Below, one piece after another: positions 25,970-35,945 of a stretch of 64,000 bases of DNA. The position numbers were made by a program, and so were the translations under genes. The DNA is from an uncultured delta proteobacterium (GTDB lineage Bacteria; Myxococcota_A; Polyangia; Polyangiales; Houyiibacteriaceae): positions 64,001-128,000 of the forward strand of contig CAVOVB010000002.1 of the NCBI GenBank assembly GCA_963699755.1, given 5' to 3'. Position 1 is the stretch's first letter. The number at the start of each line of letters is the position of its first letter. The notes beneath the pieces are model-generated. The model was not told the origin of the DNA. It ran no database searches and saw only the letters and a program-made list of their open reading frames with translations.

Positions 25970-27871
25970 ATGAGCCATCTCATCCCTCTCCCGGAGCACA
26001 CGGTCGAAATCGTTAGCGACGCCGGCGAAGGTGCGCAAAAAGCAGCCATTGCCTTCGCCCAGCTCTGCGCCAAAGCGGGCAACGGCCTTTGGACCGTGGA
26101 GATCATCCCCTCGGAGATCCGTCCCCCGCCTCATACGATCGGAAGCGCGAGCGGCAATCGCATTCGCCTGGCCGAGCGTAGCAAGGTCACCAATGCCGGT
26201 AACCGAGCGAACGTGGTCCTTGCCTTCAACGAAATGGCCTTGCTCTCGCGGCTCGAAGCAGGAAGTCTCGCCGACGATGTTCTCGTGCTGATCGACGATC
26301 ACTGGGCGACTCATGATGACGAGCGGTACCGGATCTCCTACCGCGAGGTGCTCGACAAAGTCCGTTCGCGTGGCGCGACCATCCGCGAGGTACCGCTGGA
26401 AAGGGAAACCATGCGCCACGCCGAAGATGCACAACAGGGCAAGAACATGTTCGCGGTGGGCCTCCTGTGCGCCCTCTACAACAAGGACATGGACGTGCTC
26501 GACGATGTGATTCGCGGCATCTTCAAGGGCAAAGCCCGCGAGGTGATCGAGCTAGCCGTAAGGCTCGCAGACGCCGGCTACCAATACGGAGTCAAACACT
26601 TCGAACAACGCTTCGAAATCCAGGCTGTGCCGACAGACATCCCGAAAGTAGCCATGAACGGGAACACCGCGCTCGCGCTGGGCGCCGTCTCGGCCGGATT
26701 TGAGATCTGCTCCATGTATCCGATCACCCCAGCGACCTCTGCTTCACATGAATTGTCGGGGATTTTCGAAGATTTCGGCGGCTTCGTCCATCAGGCCGAG
26801 GACGAGATCGCCGCGATTGGGGTGGCGCTTGGAGCATCCTACGCCGGAAAGACCGCGCTGACCATCACCTCAGGGCCGGGCATGGCCTTGAAGACCGAGT
26901 TTCAGGGCTTGGCCGTGATGACCGAGACACCGCTCGTCATCGTCGATGTTCAGCGGGGCGGACCCAGCACCGGCTTACCCACGAAGATCGAGCAGTCGGA
27001 TCTGCTTCATGCGCTCTACGGCGCGCCAGGGGACGCACCCAAAGTGGTGATCGCGCCGAGCACGATCGAAGAGTGTTATTATATTCTTTCGCTCGCCCGG
27101 AAGATCGCCGAGGAATTCCGCATGCTCGTCATCGTCCTTTCAGATGCGAATCTCGCGACCGGTCAGCAGCTTTTCGATCGTCCCGATGTCTCCCAAACAC
27201 CGCGACGGCCCCCGCTCGACCTGAGCCCGGTGCCGCTCGGAACCCTTCCGTACGATTGGGATCCCACGACCGGCCTTTCGCAGCGCCTGATCCCTGGGCA
27301 ACCAGGGGGAATGGGCGTGACGACCTCGCTCAACCACGACCGGAACGGAAAGGCCTGCTATGACGCCGAGCGCAACCAACGCGGTCACAGCATGCGGAGC
27401 CGAAAGCTAGCGGCACTACAACAAAGCCTGAACGCGCCGAGCGTGCATGGGCCGCCCGAAGGCGACCTCCTCCTCGTGGGTTGGGGCAGCACGCGGGGAG
27501 CGATCGAGGAAGCCGTCGACATAGCGCGCGGCGAAGGCCTCGCGGTTTCCTCCGTCCACCTTCAGTTCCTGAGTCCCCTGCCCCCCGGGCTCCGCGAGAT
27601 CTTCGCAGGTTTTCGCCAGATCATCACCGTCGAGCTGAACTACAGCGACGATTGGGAGGACCCTTTGATTACAAAGGAAAACCGTCGATACGGCCAGTTG
27701 GCATGGATCCTCCGCGCCGCCACCCTGCTCGACATCGACTGCTACGCCAAGGTCCCCGGTCGGCCCTACATGCCGGTGGAAATCATGGACGAAATCAAAC
27801 GTATCCTGGGCAATCAATCGGGAATCGAAAGCCCGGCTGAGACCTTCCCAGCCATTGCGGGAGCCAATTAA
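25970..27871 (+). CDS. korA: 2-oxoacid:ferredoxin oxidoreductase alpha subunit (gamma-alpha fusion)
   Basis: MYPITPAT, QAEDEIAA, TSGPG, VQRGGPSTGLPTK, GWGST; start ATG 25970 with AGGA RBS. Confidence 0.92.
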   Translation: MSHLIPLPEHTVEIVSDAGEGAQKAAIAFAQLCAKAGNGLWTVEIIPSEIRPPPHTIGSASGNRIRLAERSKVTNAGNRANVVLAFNEMALLSRLEAGSLADDVLVLIDDHWATHDDERYRISYREVLDKVRSRGATIREVPLERETMRHAEDAQQGKNMFAVGLLCALYNKDMDVLDDVIRGIFKGKAREVIELAVRLADAGYQYGVKHFEQRFEIQAVPTDIPKVAMNGNTALALGAVSAGFEICSMYPITPATSASHELSGIFEDFGGFVHQAEDEIAAIGVALGASYAGKTALTITSGPGMALKTEFQGLAVMTETPLVIVDVQRGGPSTGLPTKIEQSDLLHALYGAPGDAPKVVIAPSTIEECYYILSLARKIAEEFRMLVIVLSDANLATGQQLFDRPDVSQTPRRPPLDLSPVPLGTLPYDWDPTTGLSQRLIPGQPGGMGVTTSLNHDRNGKACYDAERNQRGHSMRSRKLAALQQSLNAPSVHGPPEGDLLLVGWGSTRGAIEEAVDIARGEGLAVSSVHLQFLSPLPPGLREIFAGFRQIITVELNYSDDWEDPLITKENRRYGQLAWILRAATLLDIDCYAKVPGRPYMPVEIMDEIKRILGNQSGIESPAETFPAIAGAN

Positions 27872-27873
27872 CG

Positions 27874-28830
27874 ATGTCTATGCTCGCTGAACTATGCGTC
27901 ATCGAGAGCGGAGCCGCCGATCCGCACACCCTCGACGAGTACGAATCAGAGACGCCGCGCTGGTGCAAGGGATGCGGAGATCATGGAGTGCTCGCGGCGC
28001 TTCAGCGCGTGCTCCGCAAGAACAACCTCGATCCAGAGGACGTGGTCTCCGTTTCCGGCATCGGATGTTCGAGCCGCCTGCCCCACTACCTCAACACCTA
28101 CGGTTTTCACGGCATCCACGGCCGTGCTCTCCCGATCTCCACGGGCGTGCGCCTCGCCCGTCCCGAGCTGCCGGTCGTCGTGATCATGGGCGATGGGGAC
28201 TGCTTCAGCATCGGCGGCAACCATTGGCTGCACGCGATCCGCTACAACATCAACGCAGTCGTGCTGGTGCTCGACAACGAGGTTTACGCGCTCACCAAGA
28301 TGCAGGTATCGCCCACCACGCCGGACGGGTGGAAAACCAACACCACCCCGCATGGCACCTACCTTCAGCCCATGAACCCTCTCAGTGTGGTGATGGGGAT
28401 GACCAATGTCTCATTCCTCGCCCAGACCGCGACCTGGCTGCCCGCGCACCTCGACGAGACGATCGAAAAGGCCTGGGAGCACCATGGCCTTTCGTTCGTC
28501 CGGATCCTGCAGCGTTGCCCGGTGTTCATGCCCAAAGCCTTCGGCGATGGCGGGTTGAACTTCCCGGTCGTGTTTCTCGAGCACGAAGACGGCATCCCGG
28601 TCCACCCCTTGCTACTCAAGCGCGGCGCCACTCGAGCGCACAATCATCGCGACATCAACGAAGCTCAGCGCGTTGCGGTGTCTGTCGACCCCGCTCCCAT
28701 GGGCCTGCTGTACCGCAATCCCGATGTTCCAACCTACGAGGAGATTCGATGGAACCGCCAGGAACGGCCAGATCATCGGACCTTCGTCGAGCGGTTGGAT
28801 GCCCTGATGGACCGTTATACCGTTAGCTGA
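27874..28830 (+). CDS. korB: 2-oxoacid:ferredoxin oxidoreductase beta subunit (TPP-binding)
   Basis: WCKGCGD, SGIGCSS, IHGRA, GDGD...GGNH, LDNEVYALTK.Q.SPT. Confidence 0.93.
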   Translation: MSMLAELCVIESGAADPHTLDEYESETPRWCKGCGDHGVLAALQRVLRKNNLDPEDVVSVSGIGCSSRLPHYLNTYGFHGIHGRALPISTGVRLARPELPVVVIMGDGDCFSIGGNHWLHAIRYNINAVVLVLDNEVYALTKMQVSPTTPDGWKTNTTPHGTYLQPMNPLSVVMGMTNVSFLAQTATWLPAHLDETIEKAWEHHGLSFVRILQRCPVFMPKAFGDGGLNFPVVFLEHEDGIPVHPLLLKRGATRAHNHRDINEAQRVAVSVDPAPMGLLYRNPDVPTYEEIRWNRQERPDHRTFVERLDALMDRYTVS

Positions 28831-28835
28831 TCTCC

Positions 28836-30329
28836 GTGTCGGTCATGCAAGAGCAGATCCTCCAAGCCGTCGACGATGTCTGTCGCGATCAGTGCGCCGC
28901 CCTCGAAGTTGCTCTTGCCGAGACCATCTCCGAGGTGCAAAACGTCCTTCGTCTCGACGAGCACCATCGTCATGGGCACGATCCCGACCAGCTCGAGCGC
29001 GCGCTCGGGCCCTTTGCCGCGACCAATCTCAACGTCGGTTCCTTATCCCGGGTCCTCGGCGCCGGCACACGCTCACGGGCAATGGCGCCCGCTCGGCTCA
29101 AACGCGTGCAGGAGCTGCTCCCGACGCTCGGCGAAATGAAGGAGGCCTGTGCGACGAGTCTGCGCAGCTGCGCCTCCGTCGACATCGACAAAGAGGAAAA
29201 CGAAATCCGGGAGCTTGCGGAGGAACACCTCAATCGGGTCGCGGGAGTTCTTCGGGCCTTGCGCATCGCACAATTGGAGATCCGTTCCAAGTACGTATCG
29301 GAAACCCATGACGCCGTCTTCGCCGAGTTCAGCTGGCGCCAGCTCGGACCCGAGGAGCTCCGCCTCTGTCCTCCCTTTGTGCTCATCGCTCGTCTCAAGG
29401 AGGACAGCAGCGCGCAACTGCTCAAAATGATGTCGCTGCTCGAGAGCGGCATGCCAATCAAGATCGCGGCCCTCCGCTCGAGTTTGCGCCAGGGCTATGC
29501 CTCGGGCCTAGACATCAGCGTACCGCCCATGATGACCATCGAAACACTGCCACTGGCGATGCGTGGCGTCTACTTGCTGCAGAGCTGTGTGGCCGACCCT
29601 GATTTTCAGACGCGGCTATCTGAGGGCTTGAGCGCCCCGCGGCCCGGCGTCATTTCGGTCCTCTGCCCAAGGGACGACGAGGAGCAGGCTGCTTTCCAGG
29701 GTCGCGCCGAACGCGCCGTGCGCTCCAGGGCCTTTCCGATCTGCCTTTACGATCCGGACCACGCCAGCGGTTTCGTGACGTGCATTGACTTGTCTGCGAA
29801 TCCGTCACCAGACAAGGTTTGGATCAACGAAACGCTCTCGGGCCGTGACGCGCAAGGGAGCGCCGTCGAAATCGACGAGCCCTTCACCTTTGCCCACTTC
29901 GCCGCCTCGGAGCCGGAGTTCGCTGCGGAGCTGACCGCCCCGCCGGCGGTTGCCGATCGCCTAGTCCCCATGACGGACTATCTGGAGTTCTCGCGACGGC
30001 AGCGGCTCGGCAAGCTTCCCTTCATCTCGCTCCTCGCGAAAGACGGCAGCATCGTTCGCAAAGTCGTTTCGCCGATGATGGTCCTACAGTGCTCAGATCG
30101 CATTCACCTCTGGCGCACCCTTCAGGAAATCTCCGGCATCGACAATCCGCATGTGAACGCCACCCGCACCACCCTGCGAAGTGAATTCGCCGCTGAACAA
30201 GAAGCGCAGCTCAAGAGCCAGCAGCTAGAGCTGGAGAAGGACGCTGCACGCCGCGAGCAGGCCGCTGTCGTTTCAGCGGTTCGCAAGCTGGTTGTCAGTC
30301 TCAGTGGGGTTGAGCCCTCCGACAGCTGA
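28836..30329 (+). CDS. Hypothetical protein with a PFOR C-terminal-like region and coiled-coil tail
   Basis: VYLLQS, GLSAPRPGVISV, AVRSRAFPICLYDP, DLSANP, TFAHFA..E..F, W..LQE resemble the end of NifJ-type PFOR; no GDG TPP motif or CxxCxxC. Confidence 0.55.
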   Translation: MSVMQEQILQAVDDVCRDQCAALEVALAETISEVQNVLRLDEHHRHGHDPDQLERALGPFAATNLNVGSLSRVLGAGTRSRAMAPARLKRVQELLPTLGEMKEACATSLRSCASVDIDKEENEIRELAEEHLNRVAGVLRALRIAQLEIRSKYVSETHDAVFAEFSWRQLGPEELRLCPPFVLIARLKEDSSAQLLKMMSLLESGMPIKIAALRSSLRQGYASGLDISVPPMMTIETLPLAMRGVYLLQSCVADPDFQTRLSEGLSAPRPGVISVLCPRDDEEQAAFQGRAERAVRSRAFPICLYDPDHASGFVTCIDLSANPSPDKVWINETLSGRDAQGSAVEIDEPFTFAHFAASEPEFAAELTAPPAVADRLVPMTDYLEFSRRQRLGKLPFISLLAKDGSIVRKVVSPMMVLQCSDRIHLWRTLQEISGIDNPHVNATRTTLRSEFAAEQEAQLKSQQLELEKDAARREQAAVVSAVRKLVVSLSGVEPSDS

Positions 30330-30425
30330 GGAAGCCAAGCCTTTCGAACGCGTCTTGCCCCGCGCTGCCCATCTGCTTAGATGGGGCAAACGCACCCTAC
30401 GCGTTCATACCTGCCGAGGTCACCC

Positions 30426-31769
30426 ATGCTCGACACCCTCGTCCGACACACCAGTGTTCTGGAGATCATCGGTGATGTAATCCGGGTCCGGGCTAGAGGC
30501 GTGGCTCTCGGGGATCTTGCGCTGGTGGAGAACAGGGGCGGTGAGGTGTCCAGTGCCAGCGTCGTCGAGTTGAACCGGGACATCGTGAGCCTTCAAGTGT
30601 TCTCCGGCGGCAAGGGCATCTCTACCGATGCCCGGGTTCGGTTCCTTGGACATCCCCAGCAGGTGACCTTTTCCAACCACATTCTGGGCCGGATCTTCCG
30701 GGGCTCGGGCGAGGCCATCGATGGTAAGCCGCCGCTGGACGCAGAGGAGAAGATCCCGGTGGCGGGCCCCACGGTGAACCCGATGATGCGGGTGGTGCCA
30801 TCGAAGATGATCGAAACGGAAGTTCCCATGATCGATCTCTTCAACAGTCTGGTGGAGAGCCAGAAGATTCCGATCTTCTCGGTGGCGGGCGAGCCGTACA
30901 ATGCCCTCCTGGCACGCATCGGCTTCCAAGCAGACGCTGACATCGTCGTCTTTGCAGGACTGGGACTGATCTTCGATGATTTCCACTTCTTCAAGACTGC
31001 CTTCGAGGACAACGGGGTCTCTCATCGCACTGTCATGTATGTGAACCTGGCCTCGGATCCGATCATCGAACGCTTGCTCGTACCGGACATGGCGGTGGCG
31101 GTCGCCGAGCGGTTCGCCATGGAGCACTCCAAGCGGGTCCTCGTGCTGATGACCGACATGACGGCCTATGCCGACGCCATGAAGGAGATCGGCGTGTCGC
31201 AGTCCCGGATCCCGGCCACGCGGGGCTATTTGGGCGACCTGTACACACAGCTCGCTCGTCGGTACGAAAAAGCGTGCGACTTCAAAGGAGCCGGCTCGGT
31301 CACGATCCTCACGGTCACCACCATGCCGGGCAACGACGTGACCCACCCCGTGCCCGACAACACCGGTTACATCACCGAGGGACAGTTCTACTTGCACGAT
31401 GGGGTCATCGATCCATTCGGCTCGCTGTCGCGCCTAAAGCAGCACGTCGTTGGGAAAGTCACGCGGGAGGATCATGGCCAGATCATGAACACCATGGTGC
31501 GCTTCTACGCCGCCGCACGGGAAGCCGAGCAAAAACAGGCCATGGCCTTCGAGCTATCGGACTTCGATATGAAGCTTCTGAAGTTCGGAGACCTGTTTCG
31601 GCGCCGGTTCATGGACGTGGACGTCTCTTTGCCTCTGTTGAAGGCGCTCGACTTGAGTTGGCGCACCCTCGCCGAGTGCTTCGCGTCGCACGAGCTTCTC
31701 ATGAAGCAGGACCTCGTTGATCGCTACTTCCCGGACTTGGGAAACGAAGACACGGAAAAGGTCAGCTGA
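30426..31769 (+). CDS. ntpB: V/A-type ATPase subunit B
   Basis: SQKIPIFS, VLVLMTDMT.YADA, GYLGDLYTQLARRYEKA, THPVPDNTGYITEGQ, SLSRL; ATG 30426 after GAGGT RBS. Confidence 0.95.
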   Translation: MLDTLVRHTSVLEIIGDVIRVRARGVALGDLALVENRGGEVSSASVVELNRDIVSLQVFSGGKGISTDARVRFLGHPQQVTFSNHILGRIFRGSGEAIDGKPPLDAEEKIPVAGPTVNPMMRVVPSKMIETEVPMIDLFNSLVESQKIPIFSVAGEPYNALLARIGFQADADIVVFAGLGLIFDDFHFFKTAFEDNGVSHRTVMYVNLASDPIIERLLVPDMAVAVAERFAMEHSKRVLVLMTDMTAYADAMKEIGVSQSRIPATRGYLGDLYTQLARRYEKACDFKGAGSVTILTVTTMPGNDVTHPVPDNTGYITEGQFYLHDGVIDPFGSLSRLKQHVVGKVTREDHGQIMNTMVRFYAAAREAEQKQAMAFELSDFDMKLLKFGDLFRRRFMDVDVSLPLLKALDLSWRTLAECFASHELLMKQDLVDRYFPDLGNEDTEKVS

Positions 31770-31772
31770 AGC

Positions 31773-32414
31773 ATGGCTCGATTGAAACTGAGCAAGGCGT
31801 CGCTACAGCAGGAGCTGGTCAAGCTCAAGCTCTACGAGAAGCTCCTTCCTTCTCTAGAGCTCAAGCGCAGGCAGCTGACCATCGAGCTGGACAAGGCCCG
31901 CAAGGAGTACGCAGCGACGCGGGCCGAGGTTGAGCTCTTGGAGACGCGGGTGGGGGCGGAGCTGCCCATGCTGGCCAACACGGAGATCGAGCTCAGGGGT
32001 CTGGTGAAGATGACGGCTTTCGACCTGGGTCAAGAGAACGTGGTCGGAGTGCGGCTCCCGATTCTAAAGGAGGTTGAGTGCCAGGTGGAGGAATACTCAC
32101 CACTTGCCAAACCTCCTTGGGTCGACGCGCTGGTCGAACGCCTTGGCGATGCGGCGGAGGCCCGAACTCGCATCCAGGTAGCGGCGGAGAGGGTTCGCAT
32201 CCTGTCGCGCGCAGAGAGACGCGTTACGCAGCGCGTGAACCTCTTCGAGAAGATACTGATTCCGAGGACCCGGAAAAACATTGAACGCATCCAGATCTGG
32301 CTTGGTGACATAGGAAGAGCCGCGGTGGTGCAGGGGAAACTGGCGAAGGCCCGGCAGCTGCATGATGCGGCTCCTGCGGAGGACGAGGAGGCAGCGTGGC
32401 GATCGTCCCTTTGA
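31773..32414 (+). CDS. ntpD: V/A-type ATPase subunit D
   Basis: LPSLELKRRQL, NVVGVRLP, TQRVNLFEKILIP. Confidence 0.93.
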   Translation: MARLKLSKASLQQELVKLKLYEKLLPSLELKRRQLTIELDKARKEYAATRAEVELLETRVGAELPMLANTEIELRGLVKMTAFDLGQENVVGVRLPILKEVECQVEEYSPLAKPPWVDALVERLGDAAEARTRIQVAAERVRILSRAERRVTQRVNLFEKILIPRTRKNIERIQIWLGDIGRAAVVQGKLAKARQLHDAAPAEDEEAAWRSSL

Positions 32415-34159
32415 GCAAGGTCACCCTGGTGGGGCACCAGGGTGAAAAGGAACGAGTCCTCGAGGACCTGCAGGAGCTCGGCTGCCTCGAGATCGTCTCT
32501 CTTGCGCAGGACGTGGCGCCTCTCGCAGACCCGTCGAAACGAAGTCGCGACGCGCTGAGCTATCTCGAGCAGTGCCGCCAGAAGCAGCGACCGGTAACCA
32601 ATCTCGCCCAGTTCAATGCCGTGGAGGTCGAGGAGGAGATTTCGGAGCTCCGAGAGCGAACGCACGAGCTGGAGCTCGAGCGGGACGCGCTCGTGCACCG
32701 CATCGAGGCACTTGCACCCTGGGGCGACTTCGAATTCCCGCCCGAAGGAGACTTGGGGGCACAGCGCTTGTGGTTCTATGTCGTGCCACAGAACCGCTTG
32801 CGTGACCTGGACGCATCGAACCTGACCTGGGAGGAGATCAAGCGCGTCGGGCGAAACGCCTATGTGGTCGTGCTCGCAGAGCTGGAGCCCGAGGACGTAC
32901 CAGTCCCGCGAGTGCGGACCGGCGCTGTCTCGCGCAACGCGCTCGAGCGTAGGCTAGAGGAGGTGGAGCTCGAGCTCGAGGATGCATCGCTCGAAAGGAT
33001 TCGCCTCACCCGCTGGAGCAGCCTGCTATCCCGCAGCCTGGCTGCCCTCGAGGACCGAGCGGCTCGCAAGCTCGCAGCCGACCAGTGTTACGATTCCGGT
33101 CCAGTTTTCGCGCTCCGGGCATGGGCGCCGACCGAGGCCTTGGAAGCGCTCGGAGCCTACGCCGCGAGGCACGGCATCGCCATGGAGGCCGCCGATCCGG
33201 GTCCAGACGATCAACCGCCAACCCTTCTTCGCAACTCGGAGCGCATGCAAGGCGGCGAGGACCTGGTCAACTTCTACAAGACCCCCGGCTACGGCAGCTG
33301 GGACCCCTCCTCGGTTGTCCTGTTCTCGTTCGCGGTCTTTTTCGCGATGATCATCTCGGACGCTGGCTACGGGATGATCTTGGCGTTCCTGCTGGCGTAC
33401 TTCTGGAGCAGGCTGTCGAGCTCCGCCACAGGACGCCGCTGGCGTTGGGTCCTGTCGATCCTCGCAGTGACCACGGTCGTCTACGGCGCTCTAGTAGGCT
33501 CGTTTTTCGGGGTCACGCCGGCTCCAGACACGTTCCTCTCGAGGCTGGCCGTCTTGGATGTCAGGGATGCCAAGGCCATGATGGCATTGTCGATCACGAT
33601 CGGAACGATTCACGTGATGGTAGGCAATCTCATGAACGCAAGGCGCTACGGCTGGAGTCCTCGTGCCTTGCCCTCGCTCGGATGGGCGATGTTCGTGCTC
33701 GCGGGGTACTCGCTATTGGTGGCTTCTCAGGTCGGAGCGGACTGGCTGCGTCGACCGGCCGTCGCTGTGGCCATCGTCGGCCTGGTTCTGGTCTTCGCGT
33801 TCTCGGGGTACGGAGCTCGTCCTTTGGCTCGTCTGGGGAAGGGGCTCGTGGGACTGACACGGATCACCGGGGCGTTTGGAGATGTTCTGAGCTACCTGAG
33901 GCTCTTCGCCTTGGGCCTTGCCTCCGCGTCGCTTGCAATCGCGTTCAACGGAATGGCCGCCGACGCCCGGGAAGGCATTCCTGGCGTGGGTCTCCTTGCG
34001 GCTCTGATCATTCTCGTCATCGGGCACAGCTTGAACCTCCTGTTGGCCGTTGCTAGCGGTTTCATTCACGGACTACGATTGAACGTCATCGAATTCCTCA
34101 ACTGGGGACTTCCGGAGGAGGGTCCTCTCTTCCGGCCATTCAAGAAGAAAGGTGTGTGA
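32396..34159 (+). CDS. ntpI: V/A-type ATPase subunit I (a)
   Basis: PPTLLRN, PGYGSWDP, FFAMIISDAGYG, GDVLSYLRLFALGLA, IHGLRLNVIEF. Confidence 0.94.
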   Translation: MAIVPLSKVTLVGHQGEKERVLEDLQELGCLEIVSLAQDVAPLADPSKRSRDALSYLEQCRQKQRPVTNLAQFNAVEVEEEISELRERTHELELERDALVHRIEALAPWGDFEFPPEGDLGAQRLWFYVVPQNRLRDLDASNLTWEEIKRVGRNAYVVVLAELEPEDVPVPRVRTGAVSRNALERRLEEVELELEDASLERIRLTRWSSLLSRSLAALEDRAARKLAADQCYDSGPVFALRAWAPTEALEALGAYAARHGIAMEAADPGPDDQPPTLLRNSERMQGGEDLVNFYKTPGYGSWDPSSVVLFSFAVFFAMIISDAGYGMILAFLLAYFWSRLSSSATGRRWRWVLSILAVTTVVYGALVGSFFGVTPAPDTFLSRLAVLDVRDAKAMMALSITIGTIHVMVGNLMNARRYGWSPRALPSLGWAMFVLAGYSLLVASQVGADWLRRPAVAVAIVGLVLVFAFSGYGARPLARLGKGLVGLTRITGAFGDVLSYLRLFALGLASASLAIAFNGMAADAREGIPGVGLLAALIILVIGHSLNLLLAVASGFIHGLRLNVIEFLNWGLPEEGPLFRPFKKKGV

Positions 34160-34162
34160 TCC

Positions 34163-34609
34163 TTGGAACCCCTCGTCTTGATCATGGGATGGCTGGGCAT
34201 CTTCTCCCCCCTGGCCTTGGGTGCCATCGGCAGCATGCTCGGGGTCGGCAGGGGCGGGATGGCCGCGGCCGGCGCAATGCTCGAAGTGGAGAGCGGCTAC
34301 GGCCGCTTCGTCGGGGTGGCGGCGATGCCATCGTCCCAGACCATCTACGGCATCGTTGTGATGTTAACGCTCAACCGCACCGTTACCTTGCAAAACTCGC
34401 CCGGCCTTTTCGTCTTGGGAGCGCTCACTGGCGTGGCCCTTCTCGTCAGCGCAATGGCGCAGGGAAGCGCCTGTGCGGCCTCCATCAACACCTCGAAGTC
34501 GAAGCCCGAAGTGTTCGGGATCTCCGTCGCTCCCGCGGCTGTGATCGAGGGCTTCGCCGTCTTCGTTTTCGTGTTCGCGCTGGTGCTTGCTGGCGCCATT
34601 CCGAAATGA
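34163..34609 (+). CDS. ntpK: V/A-type ATPase subunit K (four-TM proteolipid)
   Basis: MPSSQTIYG, SAMAQG, AVIEGFAVF; TTG start. Confidence 0.93.
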   Translation: MEPLVLIMGWLGIFSPLALGAIGSMLGVGRGGMAAAGAMLEVESGYGRFVGVAAMPSSQTIYGIVVMLTLNRTVTLQNSPGLFVLGALTGVALLVSAMAQGSACAASINTSKSKPEVFGISVAPAAVIEGFAVFVFVFALVLAGAIPK

Positions 34610-34617
34610 GGTGACGC

Positions 34618-35277
34618 ATGAGCGAGCCAGATGTGAAATCTTCGGGCGTCAAGAAGCTCATCGACCGAATTCGTGACGAAGGAGTCCACTCAGCGCGGGA
34701 GGAAGCCGATCGAATTCTGACGGAAGCCAAAGCACAAGCTGCCCGCATCGTCACGGACGCCAAAGCGGAAGCTACGGCGATCAAGACTGAAGCGCGAACC
34801 GCGATGGAACGGGAGCAGACGGCGACCATCGAGGCCTTGCGAATCGCGGCACGGGACACCAGCCTGGAGCTCCGCTCCGCGATCATGTCCGCTTTTGAAG
34901 AGCACGTGCGTCGACTCGTGACCGACGTGACCACGGATGGCTCCGTGCTCCGCGACATGATCTTGGTCCTCGCCGGGAGGGCGGCGGAAGATCTGATCAA
35001 AGACAAAGATGCCGTCATCCTCGTTCCCGATCGGCTGGGGGATGAAGTCTCGGCGGAGCTCGATGAGTTTCTCCGGAAATCGGCCGTGGCTTTCTCTGCA
35101 GACGTGTTGCGAAAGGGCATCGAGCTGATTCCCTCGAGTGAGTTCCAAGGCGGGGCGCGCGTCCGATTGGTCGGCGAGGACCTCGAGATCGACCTGAGCG
35201 ACGAAGCGCTATCTGAGATGATGCTGAGTTTGCTTCTGCCCCGCTACCGGAAGATCCTCGTCGAGGCAGGGCAGTGA
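34618..35277 (+). CDS. ntpE: V/A-type ATPase subunit E
   Basis: LIDRIRDEGV..A..EA..IL.EAKAQA N-terminal coil, DLSDEAL; operon position. Confidence 0.87.
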   Translation: MSEPDVKSSGVKKLIDRIRDEGVHSAREEADRILTEAKAQAARIVTDAKAEATAIKTEARTAMEREQTATIEALRIAARDTSLELRSAIMSAFEEHVRRLVTDVTTDGSVLRDMILVLAGRAAEDLIKDKDAVILVPDRLGDEVSAELDEFLRKSAVAFSADVLRKGIELIPSSEFQGGARVRLVGEDLEIDLSDEALSEMMLSLLLPRYRKILVEAGQ

Positions 35278-35945
35278 GACGACGCTACTATCAGCTCGTG
35301 GCCAGTCTTCCAGCGCTGCCCGACTTCCGCGGGGCAAGGCTACTGCCTTTGAGCCGTCTGCGCCTCGAGGAACGACTATCGCTCCTGCATCCAGATGACT
35401 TGAAGGACCTGAACAGGGCCCAGCGTCTGCTCAGCTGGCATCGCCATCCGGTCAGTCGGACGACGGCGCAGATCCATGCCATGTATGAAGACGTCACGGC
35501 CAACAACCGCAACCAAGAGCTCTTGAACGCGGTAAATTTCCGGATGAACGCACGGACGATCGTGGTGGCCCTTCGTCAGAGACGCCAGGGAAAAGCCGCC
35601 CCATCCGGGAAATGGGGCATCGGGATGTATGCTCGGATCATCGAGTCCCGTTGGACGGAGCCGGAGTTCGGGCTGGGCGCTGTCTTTCCATGGATTCCCG
35701 AGGCGCAGGCGTTCCTGGACCAGGGCAATGCGATGGAGCTCGAGAAGCTCTTGATGGGTCAGTCCTGGAAGAAGCTGAGCCAGATCTCCGACGCATACCC
35801 GTTTGGGTTCGAGCAGGTCTTCGCCTTCGCTTACAAATGGGACATTCTCCACCGGTGGCTGTCCTACGACTCGGAGAAGGCGCGTGACCGTTTCGAGGAA
35901 CTGATATCGGAGGTGACGAGTGACCACCAAAACCTCTTCTCCTGA
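35274..35945 (+). CDS. DUF2764 family protein (subunit C/d equivalent)
   Basis: YYQLVASLPALP and FGFEQVFAFAYKWDILHRW; lies between E and A. Confidence 0.8.
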   Translation: MRRRYYQLVASLPALPDFRGARLLPLSRLRLEERLSLLHPDDLKDLNRAQRLLSWHRHPVSRTTAQIHAMYEDVTANNRNQELLNAVNFRMNARTIVVALRQRRQGKAAPSGKWGIGMYARIIESRWTEPEFGLGAVFPWIPEAQAFLDQGNAMELEKLLMGQSWKKLSQISDAYPFGFEQVFAFAYKWDILHRWLSYDSEKARDRFEELISEVTSDHQNLFS

